A stretch of DNA of 50,783 nt, counting the filler, from Jimgerdemannia flammicorona (Eukaryota): NCBI GenBank assembly GCA_003990765.1. It is 2 parts of 2 records of this genome, joined end to end, with 100 filler letters (N's around TTAATTAATTAA, not from the genome) between each part and the next. Parts side by side here need not be neighbours in the genome. Positions count along the whole stretch, not along the records: positions 1 to 25,344 come from RBNJ01000844.1; 1 more part is not named here. One strand, written 5' to 3'. Below, piece after piece: positions 1 to 11,604 of the stretch. Numbering within the stretch: the first letter of the stretch is position 1; every line of letters begins with the position of its first letter. The notes under the pieces are model-generated. The model made no database searches. It was not told where the DNA came from and was given only the letters and a program-made list of their open reading frames with translations. A program made the position numbers and the translations under genes.

Positions 1-180
1 TTGTTTTTGGGGGGGGGGGGGGAAAGGTAATCTTGCCCCTATTTTTGTGATAGTTTGTGTAAGGGCGTATTTGGAACCATGGAGAAGGACAAGGGAGATT
101 ATTATCTACGAACCTGGAGAAGGGGGCGGCTTATTGATAGTGATTCACTGACTGTCCCCCGTAACTCTCGAATCCTACAG

Positions 181-451
181 CCCTCTGAGGTCAAGAAACC
201 CGCCCCGAAAGTCGCTGCGCCCAAAAAAGCCACACCCCCGTCCGAGGCCCAGGGAAAGTACGTGGGCTAGGGAGGAGGGGACTTTATATCGTTGCGACCT
301 CGTACGTGTGTATTTGCCAGCCAGCTACATCAGCACTAACCCGTTCTCACCTTCTTCCCTGCCGCGTACCCATATACATCACAGTGCCCTCCGTATCGTC
401 ATCCCCGTCGCGATCCTCGGTGCCTGGCTCGCCTACCGCTTTTTTGCTTAA
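181..451 (+). CDS. 3' exons of a tail-anchored membrane protein, probably cytochrome b5 (5' part lies outside the window)
   Basis: Acceptor CAG at 178-180, exon 181-257, GT..AG intron 258-384, exon 385-451. Spliced product is PSEVKKPAPKVAAPKKATPPSEAQGNALRIVIPVAILGAWLAYRFFA*, a Pro/Lys/Ala linker plus a C-terminal TM helix typical of fungal cytochrome b5. The heme domain is not visible, so the product name is inferred. Confidence 0.55.
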
Positions 452-1352
452 GTACACCACTGCCCCCTCCCTCCGCATGTTACAATACATTTCCACGAAC
501 ATTCATAAATAGGGGGCGGAGGGGCTTGTAGAGCGTATTTCCCGTTTTAATTGTCATTTGTTCCTCTTCTTTCGATCTGATTCCCGTGCGATTCCTTAAT
601 ATACCGTGTGCGAGCGTACGCGTTTCATGGCATGGATTGGGCAATGGATTGAGCGTGAATTGGTTGGAAGGATGTGGGAGCTTTGGAGTTGCGTAGGCGT
701 GGGTGAACAGGTGACATGGTGGATATCGTCTCTTTGTTGCACAACCGTTAGAGTTCAAGCACAATATGCGCATTCTCATGATCAAGGTCAAGCATTGATT
801 TTGCCGCCGTTTTCTCCAAATCGAGTCACCAACTCTTTTCATTGTATTGATCATCGCATGTTCTCGAGCATGGTGTTTCGGGCCTCCACATATCACGAGA
901 GCCAGGACGACACGATCAGTGTCACATAGCCGCGCACGTGCGACGACTGGAATGGAATCTGCAGACACACGTATAACGCAATCCATAACTCTAATTAAAG
1001 AGGAAAACGGGGAAACGATCAGTTAAAAAGTTAATATAAGAGAAAACCGAGAGGGACATTACGATATGCATTTAAAATGGGCATACATCGCGCAGCAGAT
1101 ATCGATCAGATTCGTCCAAACATTTGAGCGCATGCCGTTATCCCGCGGATCCAAACCCCGCGGGCTCGCCATTTGCGGTCGCCCCGTGAGCCAAGCCACC
1201 CTTGCTGTCATTGGGCCCGAGCTAATGGAATGACGGTCATGTCAATGAGATGACGGTCATGTGGATTGACTCATCGTTAAATGTGAATAGCGGGGAGACT
1301 CGTTTGCCGCAGCCCTTTTTTTTTTTTTTTCTTCTTCCCTTTACCCCCCCCC

Positions 1353-4317
1353 ATGTCCACCTTCGACGGCCAGTGTCGCGAGTACCCCGCGATATGCATC
1401 GACAACTTTGAAAAAGCCCGCACGGCGTGTTTCCTTTCCCATCCGCACAAAGGTAGCAAACTCCACCCAATCCATCAACCACCCCGTCTCTGCGGTCTAC
1501 TCACCCGTCCCCCGACAGATCTCCTCCTAGGCCTCGACAATCCGCGCTTCGACCGCCCCGTATACTGCTCCGAGATCACGGCCGGACTCTTGCCGTGTCT
1601 GCAGACCGGACGGGACATGGATGATGGCTCGAGAACTTACGCTCACCTCGAGCCATGGCTGAGACCCATCCCGCTCATGCAACCGACGGCCGTGGCACTC
1701 GATGACGGGGAGAGCGTGGTTGTAACATTGTTGCCATCGAATCATTGTCCAGGGGCTGTTATGTGAGTTTTTTTTTTTTTTAAAAAAAAAAAAAAATCGT
1801 GATGTTGCTAGAACTGCTGTTCGGAGCCAACAGATCATGGTTTCACGTCATTCCGTCTAGGTTTCTCTTTGAAGGCGACAATGGTACAGTGCTCTACACA
1901 GGTACCGCTCTTCACTCCCACTTCCTTCCCTTTGATTTCAACATAAATTACGTCCGATTTCAAGCGTTTATGCAAATCTCCCCCCCTCCCCCCAAGGCGA
2001 CTTCCGCGCCGATCCCGCCTTCCTCACTAAACACGAGGCTCTCTGTTCCACAACCACCACATCCGGTCGCGTGACACCACTCTTACGCCCCGTCGATCAG
2101 ATCTACCTGGATACGACTCTCTGCCACGATACCTATGACACCTTCCCGTCCAAGGTACGCATACGTCGGTTTCATCTGCCTTGGATGTTGTGGTATATGT
2201 ATCCCGAAGATGTTATTGATAGGATAACTCTATTTTAAGCAACGATCCCTTGACGCTCTCGTCGCCATTATCGATTCCTACTCGTCCAACACGACCTTCG
2301 TCCTTGACTGCTGCACTCTCGGCTACGAGGAAATCTGGTCGACTGTTGCGCAGGCGTTCAATACCAAGGTGCGGTACAGTACACCATGCACATGCGTCTC
2401 CTTCGGTATTCTCTTCGCTGTCCACTAAACCCCGACCACAATTTCATCCCATCTCCCATCCAATTTCCACAGATTCACGTCTCCCCCAACACTCACGCTC
2501 TCTACACTTCTCTTCACCCACACGTCCCTCACCTGCGCGACGTGCTGACGATGTCTGGCGCGACGCGGTTCCACTCGTGCGACGCAGCGGGTGGATGCAC
2601 GGATATCGCGCGTAGGAAGAAGGTCGTCATGGTGCGGCCCGGGGCGGTGGGATGGGCCGCAGAGAGGCCGCAGCGCCCCGATAGAAAGGGCAAGGCCGTG
2701 GCAGGCGGAGTATGGGATTTGTATGGGGATTGCGTAAGGAGAAGTGTTGAGATGGATGTGCGTGGGGGCGGATGCAGGGAGTGCGTAGTGAGTTGATCTT
2801 TGTTCTCTCTCTTTTTATTTTCTCTCTCTCTTTTTCAGGAATTGCACGAAGGCTCCCTGTATGATAGGGTAGAGCAGAATAGGATTGGGGCGTTAGGCAG
2901 CAGCCCACGCTAGATCGTTCACCTTTTACCACACCTCTACCCATAGAATCTCCTCTTTGCCACACACTCCTCCCTCGCCGAGCTTCAGGCCTTCGTCCGC
3001 CTCCTCCGCCCTTGCTCCATTTTCCCCACCGTCCTAGACCGTGACCGCTTCACTCACTCGAACGTGGTCACCCGGTTCCGAGACGCGTGCCGAAAAGATC
3101 CGAGGGGCGTCGATGTGATTACCGGACGTGAAAAGGATGCTGAGCGTGGGAAGGCCAAGATGACGGCCAGGAAGGTAGAAACGACGTCGTTGGAAATAGG
3201 GAGGAAGAGAAAGTCAGAATGTTTGGAAAAAAGCTCGTTTGAGAGCAAGAATGAGGAGGGCATAGAAGTGGAGGAGGGGAGCAGCCGGAGGGGGAAAGCA
3301 GATGAGAACAATGTGGAGATGATCTTGAAAAGCATAACCACCACCACCGCCATAACATCAAAATTGGACGATGCAATGATTGTCAACCCCTCAAATCACA
3401 ATTCCATCAGCCCCGTACATCTACACCGCACCCCAGCGATCGAGGACCCTTTCCTTATCCTCTCATCTTCCCAAGACTCTATTGCTGATGAGACCCCCTC
3501 CACTTCCGACGGTGACGACTGTCAGGTTATGGATCTAGTGGCGGTGAACGTACACGGAACGATGAAGGGTAAAACTGACGAGGTGGAAAGGAGGGGGACG
3601 TGGGTGGATCCAATCGTGCTAAGCGATGGGGAAGAGAACGTGGTGGAGGTTGGGCGGCGGAGAGGGGCGAAGACGGAGAGCACGGCTACGGTGGTACCTG
3701 TGAAAGAAACACAGAAAGAACTTCCGAAGTGGGTGAAGAGGTTGAGACGGGACGGGGGTAACAGAGATAGGGAGCGGGATCGGATTAATCGTGGCGCGCG
3801 CGGAGACGAACCGATCGTGGTGGGCGAGCTGCTGGCAGCGGAGACAACTCACGTGGAGATCACACCCGTCCTCTCTATCCCCTCGTCCCCCACTTCAACT
3901 GTACCGCCGGTGCCGGAGACCGCGATGCACAGAGCGACTACCTCCATCCCATCTGACACCATCCTCTCCATTTCCTCTACCGCTTCGATCGTATCACCGA
4001 TACCGGAGACAATACATGGGGAGACCACCCCGCTCGACCCCGTCGTCTCAATCGCCTCCTCGATCGCCTCGAGCGCCTCACTCTCGCACCCGATCAGTCT
4101 CTTCGTTGCCATTACTCCCTCGCCGCCCCTACACTCGCCTTCGGACGCGCTACAGCCGCAACCAGAGGAGGTCATCGCCGTCGCCCTTGAACAGGATAGC
4201 GACGGCAGCCTTCCGGTGGACATGGACGAGGTGGAGAGTATCCGGCGCGAGTGGGAGGAGACAGGGAGGGGGCCGTTGTTGGGATGTTGTCAGACAGGAA
4301 ATGGTGGGAAAGCGTAG
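1353..4317 (+). CDS. DCLRE1C: Artemis (SNM1C/DCLRE1C)-like metallo-beta-lactamase/beta-CASP nuclease, about 6 exons, long disordered C-terminal tail
   Basis: N-terminus MSTFDGQCREYPAICIDNF resembles Artemis MSSFEGQMAEYPTISIDRF. Spliced motifs: FLSHPHKD, NHCPGAVMFLFEG, VLYTGDFR, IYLDTT, LGYEE, FATHSSLAEL. GT-AG introns at 1453-1518, 1763-1860, 1902-1996, 2155-2239, 2369-2472 and about 2789-2946. Stop at 4315-4317. Confidence 0.9.
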
Positions 4318-5105
4318 ATAGTACGGAATTTAAACTGTGGATAATTATTCTAATGTACAAATAGATGAAATAAATTATATACTTTCAATGGCCTCTTAGT
4401 ACCGACACACCAAATAATCATCCCAATGGGCAAAACACGAACATGTATTACATACGCAGCACTACAAAAAAAAAAACCTTCCGTTTCTTGCTGTCAAATG
4501 GACAGAACTACCTTGTATGCACGACCGGCTGCTATCTGATATCAAGATGTAGAAAAATGTAACGCACAGATCACAGATTTCCAATAATGAGATGGTGCAC
4601 AGTATCGAGACCACAAGATACTGCAACATTTCTCTCTGTTGTTTCTCTCAAGTTTTCGGTTGTTGTTCTAGCCCATCCGAACGTCCTTGCGGAGTTGCTT
4701 ACATTCCCGAAGTTTCTGGTAGAGTATCGTGGCGTATTCGAAGTGAAAATGTGTTTGGGAATCGGAATTGCTAAAGTAGAGACAACGCAGAAAGCATACC
4801 ATTAAAACCACACTGAGAGAAATGATACGAGAGGTTCGATGGACGTGAGGGCAGTGGTGGCGGGTTTTTGAAGGACAGACGGTACGGAAATGTGATAGCG
4901 AGTGGGGTTTGAATTCTTGTAGGAGCCCCAACGTGTGGCGGATAAACGAATATAGTCGAAAAGGAATTGGTAGGATAGATCACCCCAAAAACAAATGGTT
5001 CCAAGATCATAGAGGAAAGGTTAATCAGCGCAAGTTCTTTCCCATAAAAACTATCATCGAGTCATAATGACCGTTGCCAACATCGGTAGATATACAATAT
5101 ACTTC

Positions 5106-6498
5106 TCATTTATCTGCCTTCCTCCCCGACACAATCACAAACTCGCACACCTCCCCGCCTCTAAACCATCCACACATCCACTCCACGACCGCCAGCCCAA
5201 CGCTAGTCACTGGTGCAGTCCTGACCCCGACCTCCTCACACTTCTGCCTCTGCCTCTTAATGAATTCAGCAAGCCCACCAAACACCTTCTCAGGCGGCAC
5301 AACCTCAAACTTCACATCTACAAACCCAATCGTGCGCATCCTAGCCTCGTACTCGGCGCGCGTGACCATATTCTCAAACGGGATCCTTCCCATAGCGCAC
5401 ACAGCGCGCAGCGCCCATCTGCGCCAGGGAGTTGTTGGCACAGCTGCGGGGTGGAGGGCGACATCTGCGAGGGCGACGGAGCCGGACGGACGTAGGATCG
5501 GGAGAGCGGATGCGAGGAAGGACCAGCGAGTATTGTAGTGATAGGCAGAGTCGATAGAAAGGATGGCGTCGAAAAGGGGCGAGGCTGGCGGGAGAAGATT
5601 TGGGGTGGACGCAAGGTTGGAGGCATCACCGAGGAGAAGCCGGGGGTGGGGCCCGGGGTGGGTGGGTGAGCGCGTGGTTAGGCGGGAAGTGGCGAGGGTG
5701 TGTTGCGTGGTTTCGTTGGTGATGCCCTGGAAGGCGGGTGGAAGGTGTATGCGATGAGATGAGTGTATGGGATAACATAGGAACTGTACGAACATTGTGG
5801 TAGTTCACGCCGTGGTTTACCGTAACGTAACAGCCGTATCTTTCTAAATGCGGATTTTGATTGGTATCGTGGGATTGACAAGTTATCGTGCGAGCGGGAA
5901 AGGTAAGGTACGCGTACAAGGGCATGCATCTTCAAACTCACCAGCTAGCAAGAAACACGAATCGCCGCACCCGAATCCGACGTCTACAACGCAGAGAGAG
6001 TATGCGAAAGAAACGGCAAAACGGGCGAATTATCGCCTGCCATCGAGTCCAGTACCCCCTTTCCATCTGTCTCTACACGACAAAACAATATCCTGACGCC
6101 TACATACCCAACACTCTTCCGCCCTCTTTCACCCCTGCCGCCTCGGCCACCTTGTTGACCAACGCGCGACACGCTTCCTCGAACGTCATCCCATCGCGCC
6201 CCCAAAGACCAACGTTGAACCACCATGTCTGCGGTGGGACATGGAGGTTGAGAAGGGCGTGATTAAGGCCGTACATATCGCTTTCGGCGGGTTCGTTCGG
6301 GTTATTTTCTGCAGGGGAGAGGCCCAGGTGGTGATGGAGGATCTCGGAGAGCACGGGAACGTAGTAGGCGAGGATTGTTGCCAGAACAAAGCCATACAGA
6401 AGAGACGTGAGGTGAGAGGTGGTGAAGAATAGGATAGGATAAGTGAATAGGAAAGATAGGGTGGCGGTGAGGCGAAGTGATCTTGGGATGGTTCGCAT
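5106..6498 (-). CDS. Class I SAM-dependent methyltransferase with N-terminal membrane helices (multi-exon)
   Basis: Exon 1 has two hydrophobic segments, then WFNVGLW...ACRALVNKVAEAAGVKEGGRVL, which splices to DVGFGCGDS (motif I, near 5945-5985). The last exon has FDAILSIDSAYHY and LRPSGSVALAD. Substrate unknown. Confidence 0.85.
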
Positions 6499-6816
6499 GG
6501 TGGACCTCGCGGAATGAAGGAGCTTTCCTGTGGCTTTTGATCACGTGCGAATTTCCATTCGAGAGTAATCCATTTTTATTATTCGCATATGCATTTGCGA
6601 TCCACAGCCTCACAATCTACTATTCAAAACTTCTAATCTGTACAGTGCATCGAACAGGGGTACTAAACTTCAATACATGCAATTATGGTAACAAATGGAC
6701 ATTACAAAAAATAATGTGAAGCAAGCTGCGCAAAAGTTTGGATGTTCCAAGATCTGCCATCCACCATGCTTGATCACGTTACGGCTTCCCGCTCACAATC
6801 ACCCTTCTCACCGATA

Positions 6817-9800
6817 CTATTTTAAAATTTCTGTATCTCCATCGCCATCAACTCCAACAACGGTTCGTTCTGCCCCCCGCTTTCCGCGAGTCTTGTTACC
6901 TCCACCACCGCCACGAGACGTACCTCGCCCCTTCTTCGGACTCTTGCTCTTGCTTCCCTCGCCATCATCCTTCTCCGTCTCTATCGGTCGCTCGACTTCC
7001 TTCCCCTTCCCCTTCTTCACTTTCTTTGCAGTCTCGCCCTGTCCCGCCTCCGCCTCCGCCTCCACCTCCACCTCCCTCTCCGCATTCCTTGATCCGCCGC
7101 TCCTTACTCGCACCGACCCCACGAACGTAGGAGACGCGACGACGGGCGACGTGGCCGACTCCAAACTTTCTTCCATACCGAGCCCACCGAACGTGCCGAC
7201 CATCATGGGCCACGCGAACACCGCCTCGAACCGCGCCTGCATCAGCCGGAACTCCTCCGTCTGCTGATCGGCGTCCGAGAGGAGGGTCGGTTTCGACTGT
7301 TGTTGCTCTTGCTGTTGCGCCAGCGAGTCTGGAGGAGGTTTGGCCTTTCCGCTGGCGGACCGCGTAGTTGGCGGATGTGTGACGGGCGTTTCCGAAGCGA
7401 TGTTCATGGTCGCGACGAGGTTGGCTGTGAGCGGGAAATAGAATCATTACGTTACCCATCTGCCTACAAACAAACCCCAACTTCGTTCATCACAAAAAAC
7501 ACCCACACCCAATCCACCCCATCACTCACTTGGTGCGCGCACGCCCTTCTTGCCCTTCCGGCCCTTTCCCTTTGTTCCTTCCGGCGCCTCCGGCGTTCGT
7601 TTCTGCCATTCGACCAGCTCGCGCAGCGCACGCACGTTCGCTTCTGACGGGGCGAGCGGACGGATGAAGTCCGTGGCGCCAAAACGTGCAATAACGTCAT
7701 CGTCCTTGCCCTTTTCCTTTTCCTTTTCCTTTTCCTTGTCTTTTTCCTTGTCTTTTTCCTTGTCCTTGTCCTCTATGCGGAAGATCTGGGCGTGCGGGAT
7801 TATCGTCAAAAAGTGAGACTTCTGATACTGGTAGAGGCGCAAAGCAACGATGACGATCACAACACATCATTGACAGAGAAATGCAACCTACCTGCATCAA
7901 ACCGGCCAATGTAACCACAACAGGCTTTTTGATCCACACCCTCTTCTTCCTCTTTGTCTCCCTAGACCTCTGCGTCACCCCCTTCTCGCCAGCTTTCTCA
8001 CCGTCCTTACCCCCCTCTTTCTGCTTCGCCTTCCCCTTCGCTCTCTTCACAGAAGTGGTATCAACCTTCGCCTTCTTCTTAGCTCCGCCCGCCCGCTCCG
8101 ACACACGCCTCCTCTTCGCCCTGGGCGTCTCCTCCTCCTCCTCCTCCTCCTCCTCCTCCTCCTCCTCATTCTCCTCCAACTCCTGGCTTGCTCGCCTCTT
8201 CCCACTATTCCGCTTCTTCCGCTCCTCCCCCGTCGTCGTAGAATCAGGCCCAGGCTCGAGCATTTCCCGCTCCCGCTCGAGCATTTCCCGCTCCCGCTTG
8301 ATCATCTTCCACCGACGCCAACATTGATTGTCTGTGCGCCGGGGTATGTCCTGCGCAACGCGCGACCAGTGGCCCTCGCCGAGCTGGTCGACTTTGGAGA
8401 TGAGGATAGCGTCCTCCTATAGGTGTCGATGATGGACGGGAGGAGGAGTCAGAATGAAATTGCTATCGACAACCAGAACAAAACAACCACAAAGAACATT
8501 AGCAGCCTACCTCAGCCGACCACGGTCCTAAATCGACATCAGGACACAGCACATTCATCCACCTCTCCCTACACTGCACATCGGTTCTCCCAAGCACATG
8601 CTGCTGAATTTTGACCCAATTCCCGCTTCCATAAACTTCGACCGCGTTCCTAAGCGCAACATCCTCATCTTCCCTCCACCTGCCCCTCCTAATGGCCGGG
8701 TTTAACGTCTTGCTCCATCGATGTAAACACTGTTGCCCGGTGCGATTATCGAGAATATGCGCGACCTGCTGCCAGTTTTTCTCGCCGTAGATGGTGACAG
8801 CCTCACGCAGCAGATCGTCCTCGACAAGGTCCCATCGCCGCCGCACAATGTCCTTGTTCAGCCGCGACTGGTAGTGCCGGAAGCACTGCGACGCCGTCCG
8901 GTTCGTCCCCAGCTCGAGCGCAATTTTTGCCCAGTGGCCCTTGCGACCGTGCTTCACGACCAGCTGGGCCAAGCGCGCCGATTCGTGCTTCCCCCATTCG
9001 GATTTGTTGATCACAGGGTGGTCTTGGCCTGTCCATTGGATCAGGCATTCGATAGGGGTGCGCGTGGGGACCTGGAGTGGCAAGGTGGAATGGAGCAAAT
9101 GTGAGAAGCGGCGCGAAAGGAAGATGTGTTATGAACGTAAAATCGAAAACATACATGCTGCTTCGAAATCATCTCCCAATCCAGCTTTTCAACGTTGGGC
9201 ATTTCCAACTTCCGCTTGGACAACTTCTCGACCGTCCACAGGTCTTTACCCCTGCGTAGCGAAGTAGTGGGAGGAAGACCGGAAGATGGTAAGTAGTTGT
9301 TTTCATAAATAGCGCAACCAGCATCCACACCACGTCCCGCTGAATCGCAAGCAGGCGCGTACGGCCTTAAACACACACTTCTCATAGAAATCGTCCGCGA
9401 TCATCTTCATGTTCTGCAGGCGGATCGCGTGGGCCAGGGCCTCGCGCTCCTTCTCGGTCCCTTCGAAGCATAGGTTCGATTCATGATGAGATGATAAAAT
9501 ACAGGATACGTCCATGAATCAGAAAAAAAAAATGTGAAGCACTTACAGCGCCTGTACTTGTACTGTGGATACGCCTTCCGTCTCTTGGTGTCCTCGTTCT
9601 CGGGTGGGACCTAAAAGATACGTTCAACAACACATATTTTATCAGTAACCCTCGTCCACCAAAGGCTCCACGCAGCATTTCTCCTCCAAAAATAAAAATA
9701 AAAATAAAAACTCCTCCAGATACCCACGTTCCCGTCAATGTCGACAAAGAAGGGAGAGCCGAGCTTCTTATTGGGTAGGCCGGGGTTTTCGCGCTGCATG

Positions 9801-10721
9801 TCGCGTTGCTTGCGGATGCGGGCCTGCTGGTTGAAGAGGTCGCGAACCTTTTTCTGGGTGTTCGAGATCGGGGGTATTTTGTATTAGGGTGAGGAGCCGA
9901 CTGACGCGGAAAACACGAGATTTAACACATAAATATTCCTAGAGACCCTCTCGTGTTATAGAAGGTCTGAATAAACCGACTTTTCTATACTCTTTCCTCA
10001 ACTCACGATCCCTACCCACATTTGAAGACATACTTGCATAAGCTTATTTCTCGCCTGCGCCTCCTCGACGGCGTCGATTTGCTTCTTGATCATGTCCTGA
10101 TATCTCCGGTTCACATCCAGTGCTTCTAGTATATCCGAGCGCACCTCGTCTGGCCCTGGCGGCGGCGGTGGTAGCGGCAGATTGGTCGCTATTTCCATCG
10201 TCTCCATGTCGGCCGAGGGTGATAGAGATAGCGAAAGTGGGAGCGGCGGGATGTCCGTCACGGAGGTGGTGATAGAGCGCAGTAGTGAGTTGTCGTCTTG
10301 CAGAGAGAATATCAAAGTAGAGGCCGTGGTTGTCGGAGCGATCGAGGTGGAAATGACGGGTTGGTCGGGAATGGTGGGAATGGTGGTGGTCGTTGTGGGG
10401 TCGGGCGCGTCATCCTCGTCGTCGTCGTCTGAGGCGTTGTCGTCCTCGGACGTGTCGTCAGCTGTGCAGTGTGAAAAGAAGGGCGGCGGATCGAACGTAG
10501 ATGAAGTTATTTTAACGGGCTTATTATGAGATCTTCTGGTGCGCTATTCGACTTAACAGTTTTATTTATACAAATATAGTACCAGTGAACAGCTTGTCGT
10601 ACTCTACACCATACTGCTTGAAGAAGTCCTTGAGCTCGTGAGTGGTGTCGTCGTCGCGTAACACTTCGGTGTGTTCGCCAGCGGGGGTCCCTGTTGTCGT
10701 CAAAGCCAGTAGGTCGTTCAT
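6817..10721 (-). CDS. SNAPC4: Multi-Myb-repeat protein, SNAPC4/SNAP190-like (snRNA-activating complex subunit 4)
   Basis: Coiled coil EALDVNRRYQDMIKKQIDAVEEAQARN, half repeat LDWEMISKQH/RTPIECLIQW, then tandem Myb repeats (NRTASQCFRHY, NRTGQQCLHRWSKTLNP, RTDVQCRERWMNVL, RRTDNQCWRRWK), followed by a charged low-complexity tail. Many GT-AG introns. The ATG at 10721 is a best guess. Confidence 0.75.
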
Positions 10722-11604
10722 GATGTGGCCGCTTAAGAGGACTCGGGGTGTCCTGAGGAAACGCTCAGGAAATATGGGACTTGCAAAACTAAAAAGTAAG
10801 CCTTCCAGGTCTGTCGTAGTCTTTTTTCGGGGCAAATTTTTCACAACAACGATGACATCACACACAGTCATTCCCACAATCCCCCACTCCCGTCACTCGG
10901 GTTGACCTCTTCATGCCATCGGCCGTCGTAAATACCCTTTGAACAATTTAAACAAGTGGACACAAAAGTTCGTGGTTGAGACAAGCTTCTCCGTTTCCTT
11001 CTACGCGTTCCCGTCTACGAGACTTTGTTGGGTACCTTGCGCACAGTTGTCGCAGATGTTTAGGCGCGTGATGTGGTGATAATGCGAGGGATTCGTATAT
11101 ATATTAACAAAAAAAAAAAAATAGAACAATAGAAAGTGAAACACGGTGAAACCTGAAATGTCCGATCGCTCGGCCTCCAGAGCTTAGCGGTCAAACGCTA
11201 CGCTAGGCATGACAACGATTTTGATTATTCCCTTCAAGGGAGCCGAATTTCAAGGGCGGGATACTTTGCGCATCACTCCAACGTAATCAAAACATAACCT
11301 GACCTACTCCACCATCATATACGATAATTCCTTCGATTCTGCATCACAGATATCTACCATGTTTTTCAATCTGGCGCTCTAATTCGGTCACACATCCTCA
11401 TCGCACATAGTGACGACGCCAGTGTGCCTTAAGTGGCCAAACAAAGAACATGTTTGAGATCCTGAACTCTGAGAACAAACATTATGCGCCTCGACCCAAT
11501 AAGTCCGTTACACATGCCGATAAATAAAAAGACATCTGACCATCACCTTATTACCGACAAAAATTCTAAAGACTGGTTTGCACCGTTCTCCTTTTCGCCG
11601 AAAA

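Noticed and set aside
480..1172. Minus-strand ORF 480-986 and a possible upstream mini-exon (ATG 1172, donor near 1086), divergent from Artemis
   Set aside because: The translation has no recognisable motifs or coding bias and runs into the 3' UTR of the upstream gene. At most a non-coding divergent transcript.
3054..4321. Several overlapping antisense and alternate-frame ORFs in the Artemis tail (similar ones occur within SNAPC4 and the TPR gene)
   Set aside because: Shadow ORFs of GC-rich coding sequence.
4587..5010. Short ORFs between Artemis and the methyltransferase
   Set aside because: No coherent exon chain or homology. This is a convergent intergenic/UTR region.
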